From: Planctomycetota bacterium
GTDB lineage: Bacteria; Planctomycetota; UBA1135; UBA2386
Direction of reading: 5' to 3'
Assembly: GCA_965228735.1 (NCBI GenBank)
Contig: OZ245838.1
Location: forward strand, 960,001 to 1,024,000
DNA: 64,000 bases
Position 1 is the stretch's first letter, and each line of letters starts with the position of its first letter. Of this stretch, positions 46,921-57,199 are shown one piece after another. Made by a program: the position numbers and the translations under genes. The notes below the pieces were generated by a model. The model did not search any database and was not told the DNA's origin. It was given only the letters and a program-made list of their open reading frames with translations.

Positions 46921-49900
46921 TCGTCGGCGAGGCGCCGCAAGCTCGCCCGGGCGCGTTCGATCTTGTCCTCGACCGAGCTCTGCAGGAGTGCTGCAGCGAG
47001 CGGGAGCAGCCGCCGTTCGGGCGCGAACTCGGTGCCTTCGAGCAGGGCCACCGCGTCGTCGGGGCGGCCCGTTCGTAGCGCGATGAGGCCCGCGGCGTAC
47101 CGTCCACGTTCCGACGCGCGGAGCGCCTCAGGGAGCGTGGCGAACGTCGCGATGTCGCCCTCCGAGAGCGCGAACTGCTCGGCAGCCATCGTGATCTGAT
47201 CGAGCTGCAGATCGGGGTCGGCCGAGTGGCGCAGCGCGGCCCGCAGGTCCGCGACGCCGCCGGCGCCGCGTCGCGTGGCGGCCAGGAGTTCGGCGCGGGC
47301 CTGCCAGATCGGGAGCGCGAGCGGGTGCCGGGCCAGCGCGGCTTCGAACTCCTCGATCGTCGCGGGGAACCCGTAGTCCTGCACGAGCCGTCCCGTGGTG
47401 GCGGTGAGGAGTTCCGGGGTGTCGCGGCCGCTCGCGACGAGCGTGAGATGGCCGCGCAACATCGCGCGAGCCGCATCGGCGGTCGGCGCGAGACGAGGAT
47501 GCCGCGGCCCGAACGCGAACAGCAGGTGGATCGCGGGGCCGAACGCCCCGTCCTCCTTCACGAGGTCGCGGATCGCGCGGTAGACCGCGTCGCGCTGGCG
47601 TTTGCCCTCGGGGTCCTCGGCCAGGAGCAACGGCGTCGCGATCCCGATCATGCGTTGCACGAGCTGCGCGCGTTCGTCGGGATCCGCGATGCGCGGCCGG
47701 ATGCGGTCGAGGACCCACCAGGCGTCCAGCGGGCGCTTCGCTGCGACCAGCGCTTCGGCCGAAGCGACGGTGGGCTGCCACTTCTCCGGGATCTCGAACG
47801 AGTGGTCGTAGCGCTGCCAGGCCTGGGCCCGCAGGCCGAGCGCGATGTCCTGGTGACCCGAACCGGCGACGAAGTCGGCCATCCGCAGCGTGGCGACGAC
47901 GTACGCCATCGGCGCATCTTCGAACTCGCCCTTCGCCGCCGCGGCGGAGAACACGGTGCCGACCTCCTTCGTCGGTTCGTAGCCCGGCCGGCAGCTGGCG
48001 AGCGCGATCTCGTTCCAGAAGACCTGGTTCGGCGGGCCGGCCTTGAAGATTTCCTCGTGGTGCTTCGCCGCGATACCGGGTTGCTCCGCAAGCAGGTGGG
48101 CGCGGGCGAGCAACAGCCTGGCCGTGCCCGTCGGGTGCGCCGCGGCGAACTCGATCGCGCGGGGCAGCGCCAGGCGGGCGAGTTCGGGCGTGCGCAGCGT
48201 GCTGGCGAGCTCGAGCAGGATCTCGCGATCGGCGGCTTCCTCGAGGCTGAGGTCGGCGGCCTGGGATGGCAGGCCGACGACCGCGACCGTGATGTGCGTC
48301 AGGAGATCGGCCGGGTTCTTCGCGAACGAACGCGCCGTCAGCCGTTCCGTGGCCGCGAGATTGCCGCAGCGCAACGCGAGCGCCGGATCCGTCGTCGCCG
48401 TGTCGTCCGCGAGCGCGTAGATCTGCTGGGCGCGTTCGCGGCGATCGGTCGCGAAGCACAGGCGGGCCAACGGTTCCGCGGCGACGCGGCCGTCCTCGAA
48501 CGCGAGCGCGGCGGTCCAGTGGCTCTCGGCGAGGGCCTGGTAGCCGAGGCGGAGCGCGAGGTCGCCGGCCAGCGCGAAGCTCCTGCCGTTGCGCTGCTCC
48601 GGTGCCGCGGCGGCCAGCGCGGTCGTGAGGATGGCGTAGGCGGTTGCCGGGTGGGTCGCCTGCAGCTCGGTCGCCAGGTCGAGCAACGGCGGCACCACGG
48701 GCGGCGTCGTGAGCCCGTAGCGCCGGGTCCAGTCGACGGCGCGCGCCGCCAACGCGCGATCGTCGGCACCCGAACGGGACCGGGCGCGCAAGAGCGACGC
48801 GACCGCGCGGGCGAGGTCGGTGCGCACCTCGTCAGCGAGCTCGGGATCGGCCACGTCGATGCGGTGCAGCAGCTCGTCGGCCGTCTTGGTCTGCCCGGCA
48901 CGCGCGAACGCCGCAGCGGCGCGCGCGATGAGCGGGAGCGCGAGCGGGTCGTTCGTCTGCAGATCCGCGGTCACGGCGCGCGCCAGCGGCAGGGCGGCGG
49001 CCGGGGCGGCGTCGCGCAACGCGGCGAAGAGTTCGATCGCGAGCGCGGACGACGGCGGCGTCAGGCGCACGGAACGCCAGAGCGCGTCGCCGGCCGGCCT
49101 GCCCGCTATCTGATGGGTCTCGAGCACGAGCTCGAGCATGGCTGCTGTCGGCTCATGGGTCGTGAGCAGGTCACGCATGAGGCTCGCCGCGGTTTCGGCG
49201 TTGCCGAGCTGCAGCTCCGCGCGCGCCTCGAGCATGCGCCCCGCGGCGGACCAGGGCAGGGCATCGACGGCAGCTCGACCGCACGCGATCGCGACGGGCG
49301 TGGCCTTGACGGACAGCGCGGTCTCGCCACACAGGAGGAAGCAGACGGGGTCCGGAACCTCGGGCACGATGACCTGGCGGAGCCGACATTGCGCGAGCAG
49401 GCCGGGGCCGTCCTGGCCCGTCGGCTGGTAGAGGTCGGCGGCGATGCGCTGGCGCAGGGCGAGCAGGTCCTCGTCGTTGCTCCGCAGGCGTTGGGCGCGG
49501 GCGACCGCGGCCATGGCGCCGGCGAACTTGCCGGCTGCGATGTGATGTTCGGCGAGTGCGACCAGCGCATCGACGGCGGTCGGGCGCGCGTCGATCCACT
49601 CGTCGTAGACCGTCGTCAGCTGCTCGTTGGTCGCGCCGAGTTCTCGCAGGTTGTCGATGCGCAGTGGCATGACGACCGGCATCAGATCGACCTGGCCGTG
49701 GGGCGGTGGATGGCGCAGGTTGCGGCACACGCCGGCGAACGCGTTCTCGGCCGGCTGCCGCCAGCCGTTGTGGTACGCGTTCAGCGCGCTGCTCAGCCCC
49801 AGCGAGAGCCAGATCCGCACGCCGGCCTCGGCGAGCGCCTGCAGGTCCGGGCGATACTGAGTCAGACCCTCGAAGTCACCGGCCTCGTAGGCCGCGAAGA

Positions 49901-50912
49901 TGGCCGCCGTGTAGAGGTCGAGAACGGCGACCCCAGGCGTCAACTCCGGGACGATGAAGCGCTCCTCGGCGGTCCCGGGCGGCAGCCAGCGCGTGGCCGT
50001 GGCGTACGCGGCCGCCGGCAGGCCACGGCTCGCGAGGGCCCAGGCGGCCATCTCGCCCGCCTCGGGCACGTACTCGTGATCGAAGAGCAGGCGATAGCAC
50101 TCGCAGAGCACGAGCAGATCGTCGATCCGTTCGGACTCGAGCAGGGCGAGCGCGAAGACACGGAACGCGGCGACGGGCTCCCCGCCGACCTCGAGGCTGC
50201 GACGGAAGTCCTGGAGCGCGCCCTGCACGCGCGTGCGGAGTTGACGCAGTCGGCTCTCGAGTTCGCTCCATTCCGCGACGAGGTGGCTCGTCTCCGAGTA
50301 GAGCTTTCGCAGCGTGTGCAATGCGGCGCGCACCTCGGTGTCGCCGTCCGGCCGGTAGAGGTAGGCGAGGGTCGCGGCGCGCGCCTCCTCGAGGCTCTCC
50401 GCGCCGAGGTCGAGCTCGAGCTTGCCGATGATCGCCTGCAGCTCGACGCGATAGATGCTCTGGGCGGCCTCGCCGGCGAGTTCGAGCGCGCGCGGGTGGT
50501 CGGGGTGCTCCGCGATGAACTCCCGGGCGAGCGCCAGGGCCCGCTCGCCGCTGCCCGTGCGGGCGAGCAGCAGCACGTTGTCGAGCTGCAACGTCTCGGA
50601 CGGCTCGGGCGCGAGCGCGATCAGGCGCGTGAGGTCGCGCAGCGCCGCGGGCCAGTTCTCGAGCGCCATGTGCGAGAGATAGCGCAGACGCAACAGCTCG
50701 CGGAACTTCGGCGGGTCACGTTGCAGGCTGTAGCTGCGCTCGCAGAGGTCGAGGTCGTTGATGACGCGCAGGTAGTCGCCGCTTTCATAGTTCGCCTGCG
50801 CGTCGCGGATCGTCTGATGCGGGCCCCCGCCTCCGAGCAGGCTGTAGGCGATCGTCGCGACGAGTCCGAGGAAGACGATCGCGCCGAAGAGGATGAGACT
50901 GCGCCGGAACAT
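46857..50912 (-). CDS. Large membrane-anchored TPR/alpha-solenoid protein (1351 aa)
   Basis: N-terminal TM; TPR-like helices throughout (EHPDHPRALELAGEA, ALAEHHIAAGKFAGA, LADDYASS). Confidence 0.75.
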   Translation of the reverse strand: MFRRSLILFGAIVFLGLVATIAYSLLGGGGPHQTIRDAQANYESGDYLRVINDLDLCERSYSLQRDPPKFRELLRLRYLSHMALENWPAALRDLTRLIALAPEPSETLQLDNVLLLARTGSGERALALAREFIAEHPDHPRALELAGEAAQSIYRVELQAIIGKLELDLGAESLEEARAATLAYLYRPDGDTEVRAALHTLRKLYSETSHLVAEWSELESRLRQLRTRVQGALQDFRRSLEVGGEPVAAFRVFALALLESERIDDLLVLCECYRLLFDHEYVPEAGEMAAWALASRGLPAAAYATATRWLPPGTAEERFIVPELTPGVAVLDLYTAAIFAAYEAGDFEGLTQYRPDLQALAEAGVRIWLSLGLSSALNAYHNGWRQPAENAFAGVCRNLRHPPPHGQVDLMPVVMPLRIDNLRELGATNEQLTTVYDEWIDARPTAVDALVALAEHHIAAGKFAGAMAAVARAQRLRSNDEDLLALRQRIAADLYQPTGQDGPGLLAQCRLRQVIVPEVPDPVCFLLCGETALSVKATPVAIACGRAAVDALPWSAAGRMLEARAELQLGNAETAASLMRDLLTTHEPTAAMLELVLETHQIAGRPAGDALWRSVRLTPPSSALAIELFAALRDAAPAAALPLARAVTADLQTNDPLALPLIARAAAAFARAGQTKTADELLHRIDVADPELADEVRTDLARAVASLLRARSRSGADDRALAARAVDWTRRYGLTTPPVVPPLLDLATELQATHPATAYAILTTALAAAAPEQRNGRSFALAGDLALRLGYQALAESHWTAALAFEDGRVAAEPLARLCFATDRRERAQQIYALADDTATTDPALALRCGNLAATERLTARSFAKNPADLLTHITVAVVGLPSQAADLSLEEAADREILLELASTLRTPELARLALPRAIEFAAAHPTGTARLLLARAHLLAEQPGIAAKHHEEIFKAGPPNQVFWNEIALASCRPGYEPTKEVGTVFSAAAAKGEFEDAPMAYVVATLRMADFVAGSGHQDIALGLRAQAWQRYDHSFEIPEKWQPTVASAEALVAAKRPLDAWWVLDRIRPRIADPDERAQLVQRMIGIATPLLLAEDPEGKRQRDAVYRAIRDLVKEDGAFGPAIHLLFAFGPRHPRLAPTADAARAMLRGHLTLVASGRDTPELLTATTGRLVQDYGFPATIEEFEAALARHPLALPIWQARAELLAATRRGAGGVADLRAALRHSADPDLQLDQITMAAEQFALSEGDIATFATLPEALRASERGRYAAGLIALRTGRPDDAVALLEGTEFAPERRLLPLAAALLQSSVEDKIERARASLRRLADDYASSSAARYAGSFARQLEPR

Positions 50913-50966
50913 TCGGGTGTTCGGTTTATAGCTCGCGTTCGGTCCGAGTTTCGAGCAACGAATGCG

Positions 50967-52355
50967 CTAACGGATGTCGTACTTGCGCAGCTTGGCGAAC
51001 AACGTGCTGCGGTTGATCTCGAGGAGTCGCGCGGTCTGTTCGCGGTTGCCGTCACAGTGCGCGAGCGCGCGCTCGATGATACGGCGCTCGGGCAACTCGA
51101 GGGCCTGCTTGAGCGGCAGGATCGGGTCGTCACCGACGTCACCAGCAACGTTTCCCGACGGTCCGACCGTCGGCGCAGCGCCGGCGCCCTGTCCGAGATC
51201 CGACGGCAGATCGGGAACGTCGATCTCGCGGCTCTGCGAGAGCACGACGGCGCGCTCGATCATGTTCTCGAGCTGCCGCACGTTCCCGGGCCACGGCGCC
51301 TGGAGCAGCGCCGCGAGGGCGGCCTTCGAGAAGCCCTGCACGGCGCGACCGTGCTCCTCGGCGAAGCGCCGCAGGAAGTGCAACGCGAGATCCTGGATGT
51401 CGTCACGGCGATCGCGCAGCGGCGGCATCTCCACGCTGACGACGTTGATCCGGTAGTAGAGATCCTCGCGAAACTCGCCGTCACGGACCGCCTGTTCGAG
51501 ATCCTTGTTGGTCGCGAGCACGACCCGGACGTCGACGTCGAGCGTGCGGTTGTCCCCGACCCGCTCGACGATCCGGTCCTGCAGGACGCGCAGCAGCTTG
51601 ATCTGGAACGCCGCCGAGCTCGTCCCGATCTCGTCGAGGAAAATGGTGCCGCCGTTCGCCGCCTCGAACTTGCCGACTTTGTCGCTCACGGCGCCCGTGA
51701 ACGCACCCTTCTTGTGGCCGAACAGCTCGGACTCGAGCAGCGTCTCGGGCAGGGCACCGCAGTTGACCTCGACGAACGGGCCGTTGTGGCGGGTGCTCAG
51801 CGAGTGCAGCGCGCGGGCGAGCAGCGTCTTGCCGGTGCCGGACTCGCCCGTGACGAGCACCGTCGTGCGCGTGTCGGCAACCGCCTTGATGGTCTTGAGG
51901 ATGCCCTGCATCCGCTGGCCCGACCCGATGACGTTGTCGAGCCGCACCCGATCGTCGAGGGCGGCCTTGAGCGTCTGGTTCTCGCGCCGGAGCGCGGTCT
52001 TCTCGAGCGCCCGATCGACGGCGACGAGGATCTGATCGGCCGAGAACGGCTTGCCGAGGAAGTCCGCGGCGCCGTGGCGCATGGCCTGGACCGCGTCCTG
52101 CACCGAGCCGAACGCGGACAACAGAACCACGGCGGTGTCGGGGTGCAGCTCGTGGATCGCGTCGAGCAGCTGCAGACCGCCGCCGCCGGGCAGCGCGAGG
52201 TCGCAGAGCACGAGATCGACGTTGCCGTCCGCGATCGGTTGCAGCGCCTCCTGCACGTCGCCCGCGTCGTCGAGGGTGAACCCGCGGTCAGAGAGCAGCT
52301 CGCGCAGGCTCGCCTGGGTCTGGGGATCGGGGTCGGCTAGCAGGACTCGGGGCAC
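50967..52355 (-). CDS. Sigma-54-dependent response regulator (NtrC/AtoC/PrsR-like)
   Basis: REC domain (LCDLALP, FLGKP), GESGTGK, ESELFGH, GAFTGA, FLDEI, WPGNVRQL, Fis HTH INRSTLFAKL. Confidence 0.95.
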   Translation of the reverse strand: MPRVLLADPDPQTQASLRELLSDRGFTLDDAGDVQEALQPIADGNVDLVLCDLALPGGGGLQLLDAIHELHPDTAVVLLSAFGSVQDAVQAMRHGAADFLGKPFSADQILVAVDRALEKTALRRENQTLKAALDDRVRLDNVIGSGQRMQGILKTIKAVADTRTTVLVTGESGTGKTLLARALHSLSTRHNGPFVEVNCGALPETLLESELFGHKKGAFTGAVSDKVGKFEAANGGTIFLDEIGTSSAAFQIKLLRVLQDRIVERVGDNRTLDVDVRVVLATNKDLEQAVRDGEFREDLYYRINVVSVEMPPLRDRRDDIQDLALHFLRRFAEEHGRAVQGFSKAALAALLQAPWPGNVRQLENMIERAVVLSQSREIDVPDLPSDLGQGAGAAPTVGPSGNVAGDVGDDPILPLKQALELPERRIIERALAHCDGNREQTARLLEINRSTLFAKLRKYDIR

Positions 52356-52487
52356 GGTAGTCGCGTCTGGGTCGGCGGAATCGGACGGCGTCGGGCGCTG
52401 CCGACGGTGTCCTCATCGGCAGACCGGTGCCTCATCCTTGCAACCGATTTGGAGACATCGGCGCCGGGCGCTCTACCATCCCGTCGA

Positions 52488-53435
52488 ATGGGCCCGACCC
52501 CGGCCAGCCCCGGAGCAGAACCGACCGCCGACGAACGCCTCGCCGAGGTGCTCGGTGAGGTCCGTCGCATCCCGCTGCAGAGCGCCCGGTTCGTGACGGA
52601 CGTGCTCACGGGCGGGTATCGCTCCTCGTTCCGGGGCGTCGGCGTCGAGTTCGAGGAGGTCCGGGAATACAGCGAGGGCGACGACCCGCGGCACGTCGAC
52701 TGGAACGTGACCGCGCGCGCTGGGCGCCCGTTCGTGAAGCGCTTCGTCGAAGAACGCGAGCACACGCTGGTCTTCGCCGTGGACCGTTCGGCCTCGATGC
52801 AGGCCGGGCTCGGGGCCTGGTCGCCGGCGCAGGCCGCGGCCCGGTTTGCGGCGCTCCTCGGGCTGCTCGCGATCCGCAACAACGACGGCGTCGGCTTCGT
52901 CGGTGGCGCGGCCGGCCGCCGCCACTTCGTGCCGCCGCGGAAAGGCGCCGCGCACGTGCTGTCCGTGCTGCGCGACTGCACCGTGGGCGATCCGGCGGCG
53001 GCGCGGGGGGCGCCCGACCTCGGCGGGCTGCTCGCCGAGATCGCCCGCCGCACGCGCCGGCGAACCGTCGTGTTCCTGCTGTCCGACTTCCTCAGTCTCG
53101 ACTACCGGAAAGAACTGCGGTTCTGCGCGCGGCGCCACGACGTCGTCGCCGTGCGGTTCCTCGCGCCCGAGCTCGTCGACCCGCCGGCCGCCGTCGTGCG
53201 GGCGCAGGATCCCGTGAGCGGTCGCCATCTCACGATCGACTTCGCCGACCGGCGCATGCGCGCGGACTGGCTCGAGCGGTGCGCGCTCGTCCGGGCGCGG
53301 GTGGACGAGGAGCTCGAGGACGATCGCGTCGACCGCGTCGACGTCGAGATTCCGCGGGTGCCCGACATCGATGCGATCGCCGGGCCGCTGCAGGAGTTCT
53401 TCCGGCGGCGGCTGCGGCGGGAGGCGTATCGGTGA
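52488..53435 (+). CDS. DUF58 domain-containing protein
   Basis: YRSSFRGVGVEFEEVREY..GDD.RHVDWNVTAR, VDRSASM, LLSDF. Confidence 0.92.
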   Translation: MGPTPASPGAEPTADERLAEVLGEVRRIPLQSARFVTDVLTGGYRSSFRGVGVEFEEVREYSEGDDPRHVDWNVTARAGRPFVKRFVEEREHTLVFAVDRSASMQAGLGAWSPAQAAARFAALLGLLAIRNNDGVGFVGGAAGRRHFVPPRKGAAHVLSVLRDCTVGDPAAARGAPDLGGLLAEIARRTRRRTVVFLLSDFLSLDYRKELRFCARRHDVVAVRFLAPELVDPPAAVVRAQDPVSGRHLTIDFADRRMRADWLERCALVRARVDEELEDDRVDRVDVEIPRVPDIDAIAGPLQEFFRRRLRREAYR

Positions 53436-54385
53436 CGCGCGCCGCCGTGTTGCTGCTCAGCACGACGCTCGGCATCCTGCCGGCGCAGGACGGGCCGACC
53501 GCGGTCGCGGCTCCCGCGGCGCCTGTGGTGTCGGACGAGCTTCGCGTCACGGTCACCGCGCCCGTGGTCGTCGACTTCGGCACCGACTTCGAGCTCGTGA
53601 TCGAACGGTCGTGGCCACGGTCGCACCGCCCGCAGCCGTTCGATCCGTTGCGTCTGCTGCCGCTGTCGACGGCCGAGCTCGAGACGCGGGTCTCGCCGGC
53701 CGGCGATCGGCTCGTCGAACTGCGGCGGTATCGCGCCGCGATGTGGCGCGTCGGCGAGTTCGAGCTCGGACCGTTCGACCTGCGCACCAAGGCCGCGGAC
53801 GGGCAGCTGTGGCGGAGCGGGAGTGCGCCGATTCGGCTGACCGTGCGTTCCGTGTTGCCCGAACCGGCCGGACCGATCGAGTGGCCCGGTGACGTGCGCG
53901 ATCGCGCGCGGGCCGCGACCTGGCCGTGGTGGGTCGGCTTGGCGTTTCTCGCCGTGACCGTCGGTATCGGTTACCGCCGGTGGCGTCGATCGCGGCCGAT
54001 GCCCGTGCCCGAGGCGCCACCGGCCCCGTCGCCGACCGAGCTCGCGCACGCCGAACTCAGAGCGCTGGAGGCCCCCGCGGAAGAAGCCGATGCGGCTGCG
54101 GTCGAACGGTTCTACATCGCGCTCGCCGAGATCGTCCGCCGATACGCGACGCGCGCGTTCGGCGTCGACGCGGTCGTGCACACCACGCCCGAGCTCGTCG
54201 CGGTCGTGCCGCGCGGCGGCGACCCGCTGCGTGAGTGCCTGTTCGCGTGCGACCTCGTCAAGTTCGCCGCGGATCGCCCGGTGGCTGCCGCGCACGAGAA
54301 GGCCAGGGCACGAGCGCGGTCGTTCGTCGACGCCGACGGGGCGCCGCGAGCCAACGCCGAATCGCCGGTCGGAGCCGCGTCATGA
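53432..54385 (+). CDS. Bat operon hypothetical membrane protein (signal, beta domain, TM, helical tail)
   Basis: GTGA-coupled; signal ending LPA|Q; TM; tail FYIALAEIVRRY...TTPE...CDLVKFA typical of the gene preceding batA. Confidence 0.75.
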   Translation: MTRAAVLLLSTTLGILPAQDGPTAVAAPAAPVVSDELRVTVTAPVVVDFGTDFELVIERSWPRSHRPQPFDPLRLLPLSTAELETRVSPAGDRLVELRRYRAAMWRVGEFELGPFDLRTKAADGQLWRSGSAPIRLTVRSVLPEPAGPIEWPGDVRDRARAATWPWWVGLAFLAVTVGIGYRRWRRSRPMPVPEAPPAPSPTELAHAELRALEAPAEEADAAAVERFYIALAEIVRRYATRAFGVDAVVHTTPELVAVVPRGGDPLRECLFACDLVKFAADRPVAAAHEKARARARSFVDADGAPRANAESPVGAAS

Positions 54386-55410
54386 TCGGCTTGCACGAGT
54401 TCGGCTTCGCGCTCCGCGACCCGCTGTGGCTGTGGCTGCTGCCCGTAGTGCTGCTGATCGTCGTCGCACGGGCGCGGCGACGACCACGTCTGCCGATTGC
54501 CGGCATAGCGCTCGCGCTGCCGACCAGCGGCCTGGCGCAGCAGCTCGATCTGCCGCCGCTGCCGCGTTCCCTCCGGCAACGCGCGCTCGCTCTCCTGCCA
54601 ATCGTCGAAGCCCTGGGACTCCTCGCCGTGATCGTCGCCCTCGCGCGGCCGATCGAACGCGTGCCGCTGCCGCCCGAACGGGAAGGCGCCGACGTGCTGC
54701 TCTGCCTCGACGTCAGCTCCTCGATGCTGTCGACGGACCTCGGCCGCGCGGCCACGACGCGCCTCGACGTCGTGCGCGACGCCGCGGCCGACTTCGCGCG
54801 CATGCGCCCCGACGATCGGGTCGGCCTCGTCCGGTTTGCGCGCTACGCGGATCTGCTGTGTCCGCCGACGCTCGATCACGAGGCGGTCGCCGAACTGCTG
54901 GGTCGGGTCGAACCCGTCGCGTCCGAGGGGCCGGAGGATGCCACCGGCATCGGCACGGCGCTGTCGTTCTGCGTCGAGACGCTCGAACGGGCGGCGACGA
55001 CGGGTCGCGTCGTCGTGCTGCTCACGGACGGTGAGGAGAACGTCGCGACGCGCGCGACGCCGCACGAGATTCCGCCCGTCCACGCCGCGCAGCTCGCAGC
55101 GCAGCGCGGCGTGCGCGTGCACACGATCGTGGCGGGCACCGGCAAGCCCGGGCGTGACGGCGCGATCGTGCCGCTCGACACGACGGACGTGCAGCAGGTC
55201 GCGGCGCTGACGGGCGGGAGGTTTTTTCGCGCGCGCGACGCCGAGAGCCTGCAGCGGATCTACCGCGAGATCGACACGATCGAGAAGACGCGCTTTGCGG
55301 AGCCCAGGGTTCTCGTGCGCGAGTGGTTCGGGTTGCTCGCTGCGCTGGGTGCGGTGTTCGTGATGCTGGCGGGCTACGGGCGAACGCTCGGGCCGGGGGA
55401 GCTGCCGTGA
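54382..55410 (+). CDS. vWA domain protein, BatA-like
   Basis: PLWLWLL, ALARP, MIDAS DVSSS, DRVGLVRFA, TGIGTAL, LTDGEEN, TGGRFFRA. Confidence 0.88.
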   Translation: MIGLHEFGFALRDPLWLWLLPVVLLIVVARARRRPRLPIAGIALALPTSGLAQQLDLPPLPRSLRQRALALLPIVEALGLLAVIVALARPIERVPLPPEREGADVLLCLDVSSSMLSTDLGRAATTRLDVVRDAAADFARMRPDDRVGLVRFARYADLLCPPTLDHEAVAELLGRVEPVASEGPEDATGIGTALSFCVETLERAATTGRVVVLLTDGEENVATRATPHEIPPVHAAQLAAQRGVRVHTIVAGTGKPGRDGAIVPLDTTDVQQVAALTGGRFFRARDAESLQRIYREIDTIEKTRFAEPRVLVREWFGLLAALGAVFVMLAGYGRTLGPGELP

Positions 55411-56405
55411 TCGCCTGGTCGTTCGCCGTGCCGGTGTGGTGGCCATGGCTGCTCGTGCTGCCGGTATGCGTCGGTATTGCGTGGCGGCGCGTGCGCGGTC
55501 GCGCCGAACGCGCGAACGCGTTGCTCGGACCGCGCGAACGCCGGCTGGCCGGCGGACGCCGAACGACGGTGGCCCGCTTCCTCGTGGCGAGCCTCGCCGC
55601 TGCTGCGCTTGCGTTGGCGTGGTTGCGCCCGGTCGGCGACGAACGGGTCGGCGAGGCCGCCGGGCCCGAGTTCGTGATCGCACTCGACGTGTCGTGGTCG
55701 ATGGCGGCGCAGGACGTGCGGCCGGCGCGCCTGTCGCGGGCCGTCGCGGACCTGCTCGATCTCGCGGACAACGCGCCCGGAGCGCGCGGCGGTCTCGTCG
55801 CGTTCGCCGGGCAGGCGCGATTGCTCGTGCCGCTGACCGGCGACCTCACCGCGCTGCATCAACGGGCCGAACGCCTCGAACCCGGCGCCGAGCTCGCGGG
55901 CGGCACCGACCTCGGCGCCGCCATCGACGCCGGCGTTGCGGCGCTGCAACGCGCCGGCAGCGCGCACGGCAGCGTTGTCGTGCTCACGGACGGCGAGGAC
56001 TTCGCGGGCACGGGGCGCGCGGCGGCCGAGCGCGCGCAGGCGGCCGGGATCGTCGTGCACTGCCTCGGCTACGGCACCGAGATCGGCAGCAAGATCGCGG
56101 TCGATGACGGCGCGGGCAGTCAGTCCTACCTGCAGGACAGCGCCGGGGTGGACGTCATCAGCGCGCTCGATCCCGCGACCCTCGAGCTGCTCGCCGAAGC
56201 CGGTGGTGGCACTTTTGCGCTGGCCGGCGGCGACGCGAACGCGCTCACGGATCTCTACGCCGGAGCCCTCGTCCCACGCGCGCGCACGGCGGACCTGCGG
56301 ACGGCGGCCGCCGAGGGCCAGCTCGTGCAGCGATTCCAGTGGCCGTTGCTCCTCGCCGTGGTGTTGTGGATGCTGCGTCTGCTGATGCCGGAGCGCCGCC
56401 GATGA
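55407..56405 (+). CDS. vWA domain protein, BatB-like
   Basis: ALDVSWSM, GLVAFAG, PLTGD, GGTDLG, LTDGED, RFQWPL. Confidence 0.88.
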   Translation: MIAWSFAVPVWWPWLLVLPVCVGIAWRRVRGRAERANALLGPRERRLAGGRRTTVARFLVASLAAAALALAWLRPVGDERVGEAAGPEFVIALDVSWSMAAQDVRPARLSRAVADLLDLADNAPGARGGLVAFAGQARLLVPLTGDLTALHQRAERLEPGAELAGGTDLGAAIDAGVAALQRAGSAHGSVVVLTDGEDFAGTGRAAAERAQAAGIVVHCLGYGTEIGSKIAVDDGAGSQSYLQDSAGVDVISALDPATLELLAEAGGGTFALAGGDANALTDLYAGALVPRARTADLRTAAAEGQLVQRFQWPLLLAVVLWMLRLLMPERRR

Positions 56406-57199
56406 ACCGTTGGATCGACCGACCCAGGCGCCTGGCCGCCTTGCCGTTCGTAGCGGCCGTGCTCGGCCTGAGCGCGTTGCCCGGGGGGCGACCCGGTGCC
56501 CAGGATCCAGCGCCGCTGATTGCCGGCGCGTTCGAGTCCGCGGTCGCGGCCTACCGGGCGGGTGATCATGCGACGGCACTCGCCGGCTTCCGCGCGCTCG
56601 CCGAGAGCAGCGGCGATTCGGCGAGCGCCGAGCTGCTGCACAACTATGCGCTCGCGGCGCTGCGGGAGCGGCGCCCGTCCGAGGCGGAGCCGGCCGCGCG
56701 TCGCCTGCGTGAACTCGATCCCGAGTCGCACGGCGCGACCGCTGCGTTCTTGCTCGGCCAGGCCGCGTTCGAACGCGCGAACCTCGCGGAGCTCGCGGCG
56801 AGCCTGCCCGACGCCGAACCCGGCGCATGGCAGAACGGCGTCGACCAGGCGGCGGCGGCGCTGCAGCACTTCCAGGCCGCGGTGCGACTCGCCGGCAGCG
56901 CTGGCTGGCCCGAGGCACTGCGCAACGCCGAGCGCGCGAGCCGCAAGTTGATCGACCTGCGGCAGAAGCGGGACAACGCCGAGCAGCAGAGCAAGACGGA
57001 GAAGGCGCCCGAGCCGGAGCAACCGGAGCCGCAGCCCGATGCACCACCGGAGGAGCTGCCGCCCGAGGTCGTCCGCGTGCCGTTGAGTCCCGCCGAGGTC
57101 GCGCAGGTCCTGGAGCGACTCCGCGAACAGGAGCGCGAGAAGCGCCGGCTGCGCCGCGTCGAGAACCGTTCGAACCGGGTCGGGGAGCGTGACTGGTGA
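56402..57199 (+). CDS. TPR protein, BatC-like
   Basis: Signal peptide; AYRAGDH, LHNYALA, ALRNAE; Pro/Glu tail ending RDW. Confidence 0.75.
   Translation: MNRWIDRPRRLAALPFVAAVLGLSALPGGRPGAQDPAPLIAGAFESAVAAYRAGDHATALAGFRALAESSGDSASAELLHNYALAALRERRPSEAEPAARRLRELDPESHGATAAFLLGQAAFERANLAELAASLPDAEPGAWQNGVDQAAAALQHFQAAVRLAGSAGWPEALRNAERASRKLIDLRQKRDNAEQQSKTEKAPEPEQPEPQPDAPPEELPPEVVRVPLSPAEVAQVLERLREQEREKRRLRRVENRSNRVGERDW

Noticed and set aside
47226..52340. 1704-aa plus-strand ORF and other long antisense ORFs (e.g. 310-2415, 3347-5452, 15785-18409, 28728-32444)
   Set aside because: These are shadow ORFs opposite well-supported genes. They are expected from strong GC3 bias and have Arg/Gly/Ala-rich, motif-free translations.
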